From Amphiscolops sp. MND2022 (taxonomy: Eukaryota): a DNA stretch of 64,000 nucleotides. This document shows, piece by piece, positions 51,491-63,341 of the stretch. The stretch's first letter is position 1; each line of letters opens with the position of its first letter. A model generated the notes under the pieces. That model searched no databases, was not told where the DNA came from, and was given only the letters and a program-made list of their open reading frames with translations. The stretch covers positions 19,718,001 through 19,782,000 of the forward strand of contig OZ076409.1 in assembly GCA_964187785.1 (NCBI GenBank), in the 5' to 3' direction. Position numbers and translations under genes: made by a program.

Positions 51491-52499
51491 TTTCATGTTC
51501 TGCTGTTGTACTCATTATTGATTATGGTTCAATGGAACACAGATTTTCCTTAACAGTGCGGACTATGCAACGAAGCTGTTTAAACTGTGGAAATGAACAA
51601 AAATATTTTCCTTTGAGCTTCGAGCTCAAAGAGCGAGAATGCCCATACGATGACATATTGTTATGGAAGCGTTATCTGCCAATATGGAAGCGTTTTCGAG
51701 TAAACTCGGATAAATAAAAGTTTGCAAGTCAAATTCTTGTCTTCTTTAACACGAACTTCACAGACGTTTATCTCTAATTCCAAGGTTTTTTATATCTATG
51801 CATAAGTTTTCTAAAGCAGCATCGAAAAAGTTGGGAGTATATGCTCGAAGCCCAACGCATTTTTTCCGAATTCTAAACGAAGAAGTCAACTATTAGTTAG
51901 AGATGTCGAAACTTAACGCTTCCGAAAAAAAAGAGAGGGTAGCACCTACAACAATTGTGGGTGATTCTTTGACTTGAAGATGACGGAGAAGAGCGAAGAC
52001 AATATCTCACAAGTCAGGACCTTCCCTGTCGCACCCTTTGGATGTCTCGAAACTGTTTTCTGAGGTTTCAAAAATTACATCTTGGGGATGTTTTAAAAAC
52101 TTTGCGCTTTTTGAACCTTAAATAGACGTTCTTGTCTCGTTTTCTTCTAATTTGAGGATGTGTTCAAATTTTTAAATAATTCAAATTATGTATACTGCAT
52201 TTTCTATTCAAACATTAGAAGTAATATATAGACATACTACGTGTACATATAACATTATGTGTACCTTTGGTGTTTAATAACCTAAGTTATCTAAAACTAA
52301 AAGTAAGTTGGAAAACAATCAAATTGGTGTAAAGCAGTCAATTGCAATAGTGTAAAAAGTTGAGAAAATGGGTAACATTTAAATTTACTTGACTAAAACT
52401 GTCAAATAAGTTTGAACCAGTCATATGCAATATTGTTAAATGGTCAAACTAAAAAATAACTCAAATTAAACATTGAAGCAATTTCATGAAATACGAAAG

Positions 52500-54237
52500 T
52501 GTCGCAGGCTACCGCCTGCGATGGCAACGTCTATACAATCGACCATACGAGGCCAATTGCTCTGCCTGGGACACTCCCATTATAAAACTAAAACCTTCAA
52601 ACATTTAGCATTATTTTGAATATGTAATGTTGATTGATGAATTGTTTTATTATTCTTTATGTAAAATACATTTGACAGCAAGCTATACTGACAGGCAGAA
52701 AGGAAACGTGTTCAAATTGTTTGCCTGTCCAGTATAACTAGCTAAGCCGTCAATGGTCAATTGGCCAATCAGAGTGCAGTTTATAACAGCCATCTTATTG
52801 CTTAAAACGTAACTGCGCTAATAGCTATCTAGAATGGACCGATACGGCCAATTAACTTTGCCGGCCTTATTGTGCTTTGATGCTATACTTGAATGATATT
52901 CAGTAATTACAAATAGGACAAAAGCAGCTATGTGACATAGCTGTCCCTATTCACTGTATTAATTGTCTTGGTGCTATACAGTAAATAAGGCCTATCATGG
53001 CCGGTTGACACGATAAGCACTCAAATGCTGTATACTTATCACATGAAATTGGTGTTTCAAATAAATAGTGATTGAAAGACGCAAGTAACCCCCCATTCAA
53101 TAACCAAACACATATATTGTTTATATTGTTAACATGTAGTGTTGCTTCCCATATTTTGATGGGACTGAATTAGAATACCCCAACGGTCACTAGCCGTACG
53201 GGGCCTTTATGTACATGCTCAAATGTAATGTTGCTTTGTGGTGTTGGAAAGGAACTATATGTCCCTTGCAGCTACTCGCCATTTGTGTTTTACATGAATT
53301 CTGCTTACATGTAAAAGTGTTTACATATATTACGTTGCATATGAGTATCATAATCTGCTTGTCACATGGCCTAATAGAGCACTTTGATCTGCCCGCCTTT
53401 ATATGACCTTAGTGACGTAAAGATGCTTTTTTTTAGCGGTGACGTGTTATAATTTTAACTTGTAAGTTATTTTTAGTAACATGACCGTTAAAATTATGGG
53501 TGTCATGGCAACTTGGGTATAAATAAGCCCAGGTTGACCCTGACACAACAATTGTCTTAATAATACGGTTACTGTTCAGTTACTCTTATACATACTGTAC
53601 AAGATTCACTGTGAAACCTAGTTAATATTGTCCACAGGAACAATTCAAGTATTTACTCCTGGATAATCATTTTCAATGCCATTCACATGGAAACAAAAGG
53701 CAAAAGCCAGGAAATCGAGAGAATTAGATATGTTATCCGACTACGGCAACATGGACGTATTGCTAGGTGAAGGAAATTCAAACTCGATAGAGAGAGAACT
53801 AGATAGCCTAATTAATGTCCCTGAAAGGCAGCAAGACTTTCAATCCTTTCCTAACAGAGAAAATTTATCTCAAGAGAATGAGATCAGAGACATTGATAGT
53901 AGAAATGAGCCTGTTAGAGAAAGTAGATTAGTAGAGTCAATCATAATGCTATCTGGAGAAATGAATGCCAGAATGTCACGTGAAATGGAAGCTATGATGG
54001 ACCTAATGCATTCACAGATTAGTAGAGCCATTAGTTCTGCCATAAGTGAGAGGATCATTCCAGAAATACAAAACATGGTGGAAAATTTGCCTTTGAGTCA
54101 ACATGGCGTTGAGCTGTGTACGTCCACAAATGAGGATGGAATTAGGAATGTATGGAAAAACACAAATACAAAATTAACAAAGAAGGACGCAAGGTCCGCT
54201 TGTGATCTGAGTGACCACACGGACAACGTTCCTTACA
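52500..54237 (+). mobile_element. 1738-bp solo LTR
   Basis: TG..CA ends; 5-bp TSD GAAAG at 52495-52499 and 54238-54242; TATAAATA at 53518; no PBS or internal domain follows. Confidence 0.8.
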
Positions 54238-54248
54238 GAAAGCAATAG
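53676..54248 (+). CDS. 190-aa open ORF inside the solo LTR, probably the N-terminal part of the element's gag/ORF1
   Basis: ATG start ~150 bp after the TATA box; no stops; basic N-terminus and helical central region; runs through the LTR end and stops 11 nt into flanking DNA. Confidence 0.5.
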   Translation: MPFTWKQKAKARKSRELDMLSDYGNMDVLLGEGNSNSIERELDSLINVPERQQDFQSFPNRENLSQENEIRDIDSRNEPVRESRLVESIIMLSGEMNARMSREMEAMMDLMHSQISRAISSAISERIIPEIQNMVENLPLSQHGVELCTSTNEDGIRNVWKNTNTKLTKKDARSACDLSDHTDNVPYRKQ

Positions 54249-55805
54249 GAGGTAGTGTTCAAATTGTGTAAAGTAATCGAAATTTGACTTTTTCCCCGTT
54301 TTTAATCAATGAATTTTCTGAATACGCAAAAACAGAAATTTTGTCGAAGAATGACTAATTTACGCTTTATGCTCGTTTTGGAGTTGATCCAATTTTAGGG
54401 TGAAAATCTTGACTGCTTTCGTTATTTGTCTAATTACGCTCAACGCAATCCGCAGTTTCTCATCACACTGTGCATCAAAATGAGCTTTTAAGACACTGAA
54501 GTAATCTACTAGATTTCGGTTCGCTCTCGTTTCATGAAAAAACACTTTAAACTTATTGATTCAATCCATTTTTGAGGCATATCTATCGTAATGATGCTGA
54601 TTCCGCGTTAGTTCCTTCAGTGTTCTCTTAACCAGGTCATAGAGCCATACTAAAGTGTTCCAGGTTGACCATTATGGCTCATTCTTGGCTTTTCATCCAT
54701 GATCATGGCTTTTTCATGGCATTTATCGGAATTATTGCTTTTCATCCATGGTGTTGTTCATTACTTCCATACAAATCATTGGTAATCATCCATGGTCATA
54801 GCTACTGTAAGAACCAAAGATTCATCCAATGATTCTTCATTTTTCATGGATCATTGGTATCTTTCCAGGATCATAGAATGATTCTGGGCATGACGTGCCC
54901 ATGAATCATGGATTGAGCATGATGGAAAGCCATGACATATTAAAATGTGGTGCTCTTCGAAAGTTGCCACGAGTCAGCTTGATGAAAGAAACTCAGGAAT
55001 GAATCATTGAGACCTAGCAGCAAATTTCTGTAAGTTTTGGAAACATTTGAATATAATTGGGGATGTTAGAAACTTTTCAGTGCCGCCAACTAGCGTATTA
55101 TCATATTTCGAAATATGCTATTTCCTTCATTTTTATGAAGCGCTCATTGAGTAAAATTAATTTTTTAACAAATTTTTTACAGGAATTTCAAAGCTGTATG
55201 TCCATGGGGTTCCCGCCTTTGGATAGTTTTAGGGATGGTGGAACTTTTTGTGAGGCTATGTTTTTACGTAGTCAGAACCGTGCAGTTTGTGTTTTGGCAT
55301 TTTGGTAACAGTACTGTTCTTGTTCGCGCACACTTCACATGCATATTGGTGAAACTAAATCATCCATGCAGTGTAATTCGAGGTCAATTATGCGTCAAGT
55401 TCATGAAAAACTGCGAAAATTTGAATTATGGCTAAATATGCGTGAAAACATGTGTTATGAGCATTACAAATAAGTAAGGGGCCTGTATTGTACACATAGT
55501 TTAAATCTATGAGGGTGTCTGCTTCACTAACTTCCATTTTGTTTCATTTTCCAGCCAGTGTGTTTTTTACAATTTCATGGTACTGTTCTTTGCACAGTTC
55601 TCTAGAAAACGTAGCAAACATTCGAATTTGTTGTGTAGGTCAGTTTTACTTACTAAAAAAATTCCTGGAAATATTTCATTAATTACCGGTGAAACCAGAA
55701 AGTTGTTTGTGTACTGGATGGCAGTAACATTGTGATAAATCATATAGCGTGGCCTTTAATATTTTGTTTCATATTCTCATTACAGGTTCCATCTCACCTT
55801 TCAAA

Positions 55806-55995
55806 ATGATCACACAGGAAGTTCCCCTGCAGAAGAGTTTGACATTCACAACTACCCGGGTGCTTTTTGTTGTTTTACTGCTCTGTACTGTGACAATTTA
55901 TTGGAAGGTGAATACAAGGAATTCGCCCCTGCACCAAGTAATACTACAACAATGGTACCCGCAGTCGCAGGTCATGTATCATGGACAAAATGACG
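55806..55995 (+). CDS. Carbohydrate sulfotransferase (Sulfotransfer_2, CHST8-14/HNK-1ST-like), coding exon 1 with signal anchor
   Basis: ATG 20 nt after acceptor ttacag| (55785); TM segment VLFVVLLLCTVTIYW; donor G|gtaag, phase 1. Confidence 0.8.
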
Positions 55996-56673
55996 GTAAG
56001 AGTCTTTCAACTTTCTGATCATTCCACATTTTGAAAGTCTTCTCAACATTTTGATAGGATCTAGCAGTATATTTGCAATTTTCTGGTGGAAAGGTCTTAC
56101 GATTTGGGAATTTCGCCGGGAATTCAATGATTACATTCATCATCCTTGGAAAAATCTTTTCTTCGATAAGTTTGTCATTAAAACACTTCTAGTGGCGAAG
56201 ATCTATCGTCGAATGCATATTTAAGAAAACAATGAAATTTTTTGAAATTTTCCGTCAACAAAGGCTACTGTATTCACAATTTTCTAGAATACCAGTTTAA
56301 TGGCCTGCATGCTCTTTTTTTTCAAATGTTCTTCAGGTTGCTTGGACTTTTTTAAAAGCACATGGAAATGCTATGATTTTCCAATCTACAGAGAAGTTTT
56401 ACAAGAAGTTTTAAGCATGATTCCTGAATTATCTGTGTTCTATAGAAAATTAGCCTGCATGCTTTAATGCTGCGTGTAAAAAGTTCAAGTAGTTTCGACT
56501 AGGGTACTCTATCCAAAGCATCGTGAACATCTGAAAGCTACATTAGCGCCGAGATAGTTGAATGTTTCTCGAAACTAAAATCATGAAACGAAAAATTAAA
56601 TGGTCCAATTACCGTGAAAAAGTTTACCATAAATTTTTTTTTAACTTTCGATTAAAATTTGATGTTCTTTCAG

Positions 56674-56922
56674 GTGTTCCTTTCTTTGGACTGACTGATG
56701 ATTGGAAACAACTTTTTCCACCGGATATAATGTATGACATTGATAAGGAACAGCAAATGACAACAGAGGAAAGACATGAGCTACGAGCCAATAGAATTCA
56801 AACGTTCTGCAACTCGCCGGCGTACCTAGAAGCTAAGAGAGAAGAAACATTCTTTTTCGCCGACTCTGTTATCACGAATTACACGAAATACGACATAATT
56901 GACTGTCGGGTTGCCAAAACAG
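56674..56922 (+). CDS. Sulfotransferase coding exon 2
   Basis: tttcag|GT; R...I..FC stem motif and the first half of the 5'-PSB (CRVAKT-G); donor G|gtatt. Confidence 0.85.
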
Positions 56923-58107
56923 GTATTATTCCCTTCAGCTCATGAAGTCATTTTTTTCAACTTTGGAATTTATCAGTTTTTGACAGCTCCTTAAAAACAT
57001 AAAAAGTTGTGTTTTAAAAATATAGATAGATTTTTTTCTCATGAAAGCAATTATTTTTTGAATATTTCCACCTTATCTTTCACCTCTTTGATCATTTTGT
57101 CATTACAAGGAATCATTTTTAAAAAATTCCAGACGCAATTCAAGCAGATTAAAGAATGCCTTCAAAAGAGATTTTTCAAGTCTCTGACAGAAACTTTATG
57201 GTAAATTGCAGTACACCCCATATTATATTTTGTTTGAATATCAACACAACCTGCGAGAAAAGAAAACAGCAAAATTTCCATAAACTTTACGAAACAAAAA
57301 AAACACATAGCAAAACTCTTACAGTGGCATGTTTTTTCCTTCAGTCACTGAAGCGTCCACTTTTATCGATTTAAAATGGAGTTTATAAATTTCTAAATGG
57401 AACAAGATGTCCTGCTTTTGTCCCAGTAGTTAAGACGTAATTCAGACCTGGTAACTGGGCCTGAGAAGTCCCTCAATAAACCAACGTTTTATGCTGGCAA
57501 CGGTAGCGGAAAGACCAATGGGTCACCATTGCGAATTTTTTGTCTTTTAACCGAAGTCCACCTTCAGTTTTTAACAGAAACGATTTTTTTGCGAACATAG
57601 AGTGCCTTCTTGTCGGCACCATGCATCTATTTGAAGATATTTTTTGACAAAAAAGTTTGGAACAAAATTTTTGAAAAATAATTTTTCTCTAAAAAATTTT
57701 GGTCTTTTGAGGTTTTCTGTTACGAAAAACCTATTTCCGAGTCTCTGGGGTGACATCTTTGGTTATTTTCAGGTCCCGTGTGATTGATGGGAGCTTTCTC
57801 AATACCCGTGGAAAAGACCTACGTTTTTTTTCTGCTGTTTGTAATTCTTTTGAAAAACATTCATTCGGCCACCCTTTCAATTTTTAAAAAGATTTTGGCT
57901 TGCAAAATGGTTTGGTAAACTTTTTGAAAAACTTGATTTTTGATGTTTCGAGTCAATATAAAAGCTGTTTTCGAGTCTTTTGGGTATCCCTTCGGGTGTT
58001 TTTGTGACTGTATAATCGATAAATGTTTTCACAAGTGTCTTTTCGCACATTCGCGTTTAGTGGGGCGCTCCCAGCTTGTTATTCTTATGCAACGAATCTG
58101 CAAAAAT

Positions 58108-58511
58108 CAAAGCCGGAAACTGCATAAGTCGGCACAAAACCCAAGGCTCTAAAATAGCACAAGGACTTTGAAGTGTCAAGCATTCTCTTCTACAGTACTT
58201 AAAAACCCAAAAGTTGGACTGAAGTAACGCGCTAAAAGAGGGGACCCTTTGGGATTTAAAACTGGAAAAATTGAAGGGGTAACCTTTGGCGGCATTAAAA
58301 AAGTTTCGGAAAAAATTCTCACAATGCCGAAAAAAACTAGTAGGGGGACCTTTTAGTCTCGGTCTTGTATGTTACGCTAAAAAAAGAACAATTTTTATAG
58401 TTCAGGTCTCTGGTCCAAACGGTCCAACATGGCGCCTTAAAATTTCGTGGAATTTTGTAAAACTATTTTGGTCAGTTCTTGATTTTCGAAATTCATGAAG
58501 CGCCGATTAAA
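58108..58511 (-). mobile_element. HINE family A copy (degenerate) in a sulfotransferase intron
   Basis: AAGCCGGAAAC..AAGTCGGCAC at the left end; TTCATGAAGCGCCGATTAAA at the right end. Confidence 0.7.
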
Positions 58512-59473
58512 TATGGACTCAGATTAAGTTTCGCTTCCGGATGACTTCTGTTGGCCTGATAACTACGATACATTTGTACTATATCTTCAGTTATTAACAA
58601 CTGTCACTTACTAAAAACATCGAGTACTTAGCAAGTAACATTGGTTTAAACAAGATGCCATTTTGTTTTTGACCTAAGTGTCTGTTGATTTTAGACCCAG
58701 TGGAAGCCAGCAAGTATAACAACTTGTGAACATGTAGAACAACTTGGCAACAGTTCGGTTTCATCCCCAAGTAGTAGTTCTTCTGTTGCATCAGTCCGAA
58801 TTATTTTGGAGATCTGTATTTTTAGTCAGCGCATTTTAGCAGAAAGCAAAGCACGACTATTACAGGGGCAAGATTTTTTGTCAGGTGACAATCTGACACT
58901 GAATGATCGGTTTTTGAACAATCTCAGCCAAACAATCCTGCAGCCGCCGTAGCGCAGCACGCTATATCGAATTTTTGACGTTATATCCGAAGTAAATTGC
59001 GTTTTTCTTCGGTGGAAGCGGAGTTTCGATATCTTGCGCTATGAGACGATTTCAAAATTCTCGATTTTCGTCTGCTATTAGGATTTCCACCAATAATTTG
59101 TTTCAATACTATCCGAATTTTTGAATGAATTGAGTGATCTCCGAAGTTTGTATTTTCAAGACTGGCGAACTGGCACATTTTTATAGGCTTTTCTATAAGT
59201 TAACTTAGTACCTTACTTACTGCCACTACTTACTCCCTGCGGGGTGAATTCAATTTGCAGGCGTGGGATTTTACGTGGGCTGGAGTCTCGTACTAAAGAA
59301 AAAATTTTATAGTTTGCAAAAGAAGAGTGGAGACCAATTGGTCCCCTTTTTAGGATTTTGTCAGCAGTTTTTTTAATCGAGTCCTAAGGTTGACTTCATT
59401 GAATATTTTTTGGTCCTGTGGAACTAAGGAGAGTTTCATCAATAATAAATGTGGAAAACCCCTTCCGTTTTTA

Positions 59474-60001
59474 TTAGTCGGCGCTTTTCGAAGAAAAACG
59501 CAGACTATAGTAGTGACTTCATTTTTTTAAGACCAACGAACTGACAGATTTTATAAATTTTATAAGTTGGCACTAAACCGGCACTAACACTAAACTGTGT
59601 CACGCTACTTCACTGCCACTTGGCCACTACGGCTTTTTCGAGGTCTGACAAGCAGAATGACATGGGTTCGAGTCCCGCCATGACCAAAATTTTTTTGTGC
59701 AAATTTTTTTCGGCTTTGTGAGACTTTTTTCGCAAATATCTCCAAAGGGTCCACCCTTCATTTTTTTGTCTATTTTGCAAAAGAATGGATGTTAAAAACT
59801 TCCAAAGGGCCCCATTTTACATGTTTCGGCACTATGCGACTTACGGGAGACAAAAAAAATTTAAAAAAAATCAAAAAAATGGATTTTTTTTCAATTTTTC
59901 CTCAAACGGGTACTGTAGAAGAGAATACTTGACACTTTGAAGTCCTTTTGTTATTTTTGAGCCTTAGATATGGCGCCGACTTGGGCCGTTCCCGGCTTGT
60001 T
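59474..60001 (+). mobile_element. HINE family A subtype with a tRNA-like cassette
   Basis: TTAGTCGGCGC head; GGTTCGAGTCCC at 59665; GCGCCGACTTGGGCCGTTCCCGGCTTGTT tail. Confidence 0.85.
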
Positions 60002-60360
60002 TTGACATTGTGCGGCTTTTTTTAAAAAATAATTTAGTTTGGTTAAAGTGTACTTCCGCCGCTTTCACAAATGTTTCCAGCTTGAAGAAAGCGTTTTGCA
60101 AGCTTAAAGCTCCATTCTCAGCACGATGGGGCTTTTTTACGGGAAAAAATTCAGGAAAAAAAATTTCAGAAAAGTTTTTTTTGCAGTTTCCATTTGGGGA
60201 AAAAGTGTTTTTCGAGTCTTACGCGCATCCCTTCGTGTAGTTTTCAGCACTATGAAATTGATAAAAATTTAAAAATAGCGTCCTTTGCAATCTCAAGAAA
60301 CTTGGTTTGTTGGAAATTTGAGAGAGAGCCGACTTCCCGGCTTGTTTTAGAATAATTATA

Positions 60361-61300
60361 AACAAGACGCCCGCGGACCAGCGGGATATTTTCCGCCCCA
60401 AATCTCTTCGAAAAAGACTACTGGACAACAAATTTGTTCCTTGTTGACTCTTTTCAACATTCCAATCTACGAAGTCGGTCGAAAATTTGACAAAAATTGC
60501 ATAAAAACTTTGAAATTTGGAAAATTTTGGGTTTTTTGTCATTTTCGGTTTGAATTCATTTAGAAAACAGCCATTATCTCTTCGGAAAAGTTTACTGGAC
60601 AACGAATTCCTGCCATTCCTGTCACGTTGAGCGTTTTCAACATTCTAATCTACGAAGTCTATCGAAAATTTGACAAAAATTGCATAAAAACGTTAAAAAT
60701 CGAAAAATTTTGGAATTTTTTAAATCATTTTGGGGTAATTTTTTTTTGAAAAAACGCATTTATCTCCTTAAAGAATACTATTGGACAACGAATTCGTGCC
60801 TTGTTGAACGTTTTCAACATTCTAATCCACGATGTTTATCGAAAAAATGACAAAAATTGCATTAAAACGTTAAAAGTCAAAAAAATTTGGAATTTTTGTC
60901 ATTTTTTGGTAATTTTTCTTTTTAAAAACCGCATGTATCTCTTCAGAATACTATTGGACAACGAATTCGTGCCTTGTTGAACGTTTTCAACATTCTAATT
61001 GACGATGTTTATCGAAAAAATGGCAAAAAATGCACGAAAACGGTGAAAATTGGGAAAGTTTTGAATTTTTGTCATTTTCGGGGTCATTTTTGGGTCATTA
61101 TGGGGTCATTTCCGTCATTCCCAAAAAAGTCCAAAAATCTTTACAAATACATATCGCATGGAACTAAATTGATGTCAGTTGAATTCTGTGAATGTACTTC
61201 TTCATATTACGTAAACAATATTTCTTGGCAAATTTTGTAAAAAAAACCCGTTTGATTTAAATATTTTCCTTTCCCATATGAAATATGGGCGGAAAATAAT
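60361..61300 (-). mobile_element. HINE family C, complete copy with a ~175-bp tandem array
   Basis: AACAAGACGCCCGCGGACCAGCGGGATATTTTCCGCCC at the left end; CCCATATGAAATATGGGCGGAAAATA at the right end; TGGACAAC anchor at ~60422, 60596, 60782, 60955. Confidence 0.9.
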
Positions 61301-61785
61301 AAATCAGCTAAGATGCTAGAATTCGGTGATAATGATTTTGCTTTCATTCACTTCGGGAATGAAAATTTTCACACTTTTTGTTGAGGAATACACAATAGTT
61401 ACATCAGTGTTGCTTTAACTGACTACATTATAATAATTTTCAGTCTGCATATTCCTCGAAAATCGGTGCTTCCTAAAAAAATCATTGAAATTTTTGCCTC
61501 GTGTCCCAAGTTTTTTCGCCTCAAACTTTGATCGCTCAAGGAATCCTAGGCAAGGCCATCCTCGCTTGCTTTCACTGTCTACCTAGTTTTTTGTAAGGTT
61601 CCATGTGTGCAATTCATAACAATCAACTCATGGATAACAGAGTTTGTTTTTAAACAAACTCAAGTACCCTTTGGGCGTCTGAAAATTTGTTTCTGCCCAA
61701 ATGCTTCTGAACCTTTAAGCATAGTAACATCATAAATGAATGAGACGATGCTAAAACGGCTACAGATGATCTTGTCTTGTTGTAG

Positions 61786-62387
61786 GTACCACTGCACGAA
61801 GTGCAATCTTCTGGAACATTTTTCACGACGGGCCAGTCCAAGAGTCACACATGTCAAGGGACCGAAGTGTTCCTAAAATGACACCATACGAGTATGCAAG
61901 TGACGATAACAATTTGGAAAAGTTCAGCTTCATGTTCACTAGGGATCCATTCGATCGGGCACTTTCTGGATACTTCAATAAAATTTTGCCGCGAAACACG
62001 GCCAGAAAAAATACAAGCTTGGATGAATTTTTCATGACTGTCATTGAGAGAAAGACGGAAAACAAACATTTTATCAAACAATTGACAATCTGTGATCCAT
62101 GCCTTTTAAACATGTCTTTTCTAGGAAGAACTGAAACAATGAATGAGGATTTGGATTACATTATAAATGATCTCACAAGGATGCATGAAACTGTCTTTTT
62201 TTCAGCGAATGGAACCCAAACGAACCAGAATATTTCTATAAACAAATCCCAGTATGACAAAGGCGTGCTGAAAACGCTGAGTTTTCATAATTTACTAGCT
62301 TTCATTTACGAGTACCGCTTCGACTATGTAGCTTTCGGGTATAACCCCTATCACGCAATATTGAAATACCAGGAAATATATTCTTAG
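61786..62387 (+). CDS. Sulfotransferase terminal exon
   Basis: ttgtag|GT ACC ACT completes KTGTT; 3'-PB FTRDPFDRALSGY, NKHF..Q...CDPC, FLGR.ETM..D, Y..D...FGY; spliced CDS 1041 nt = 346 aa. Confidence 0.9.
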
Positions 62388-62483
62388 TTAATGAATACAT
62401 CGCTGATTATGCAATTGTTTATATCTCCTCATTTGCTGTATATTGACATCTTTTTCAATTTACTCTTCAGTTGTGTTCCATCA

Positions 62484-63341
62484 TTACACTTGCGATAAGC
62501 AAGCGTTATGGGAAAGTGCGGGTGCTTTTTTTTCCGCGCGACAACTGTCTGATTTCACGCGGCAACTCGCACGTTTCACGCGTTCGTGGTCTAGTGGTAA
62601 GATGCTTGCTTTTCAACCCAGAGGTTTCGTGTTCGAACCCGTGGGTATGCGCTAATTTTTTTACAAGTATTCCGAAGCAGAAGGTTCTGACTTTTTTCGG
62701 CACTATGATACTTTTTGGCTTTGTGAGACTTTTTTTCGGCTTTGTGAGACTTTTTTTTCGAATTTTTTTAAATGTCCCCAAAGAGTCCTCCTTTCAATTT
62801 TTTTGATATTTTGCAAGAGAACGAATGTTAAAAAATCCCAAAGGGTCCCTTTTTTCAGAATTTTCGGTACTATGAGACTTAGCGGAAACTTCAAAAAAAT
62901 TCGGAAAATTTTTTCTCAATTTTTAGTTTTAAAAGACCGTTTTTTTAAAGACCGATCTTTTTTCTGTGCGACTTTTTTAAAATTTGTTTTCACCGAAGCC
63001 CCTACTCAATTTTTACAAGAAACGAAACGTTTTGCGAGAGGACTCCTCAAGGCTTTGCGACTTACCGGAGACCATCAAAAATGTTTTCAAAAAGTTTTGA
63101 ATTTTTTTTCTTCTATTTTCTGTTTAAGGTTTTCCGTTGAGAAAGAATGGGTTTTTTGCTGTTTTCAGTTGGGGAAGAATGGTTTTCGAGGCTTACGCGT
63201 ATCCCTTCGGGTATTTTTTGGCGCTGTAAAATTGATGAAATTTTAATCTCCTTTTACCCTTGGTTTTCCGTATGATATTGCTTATTTGGTTTTCTTCAAA
63301 AGTTCGCAAGTGTTTGCGAAGCACGGCTTCGCCTCTGTGTT
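62484..63341 (+). mobile_element. HINE family B, complete copy with a tRNA-Glu-like cassette
   Basis: Same termini as 34299-35502; A and B boxes at ~62587-62639. Confidence 0.9.
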
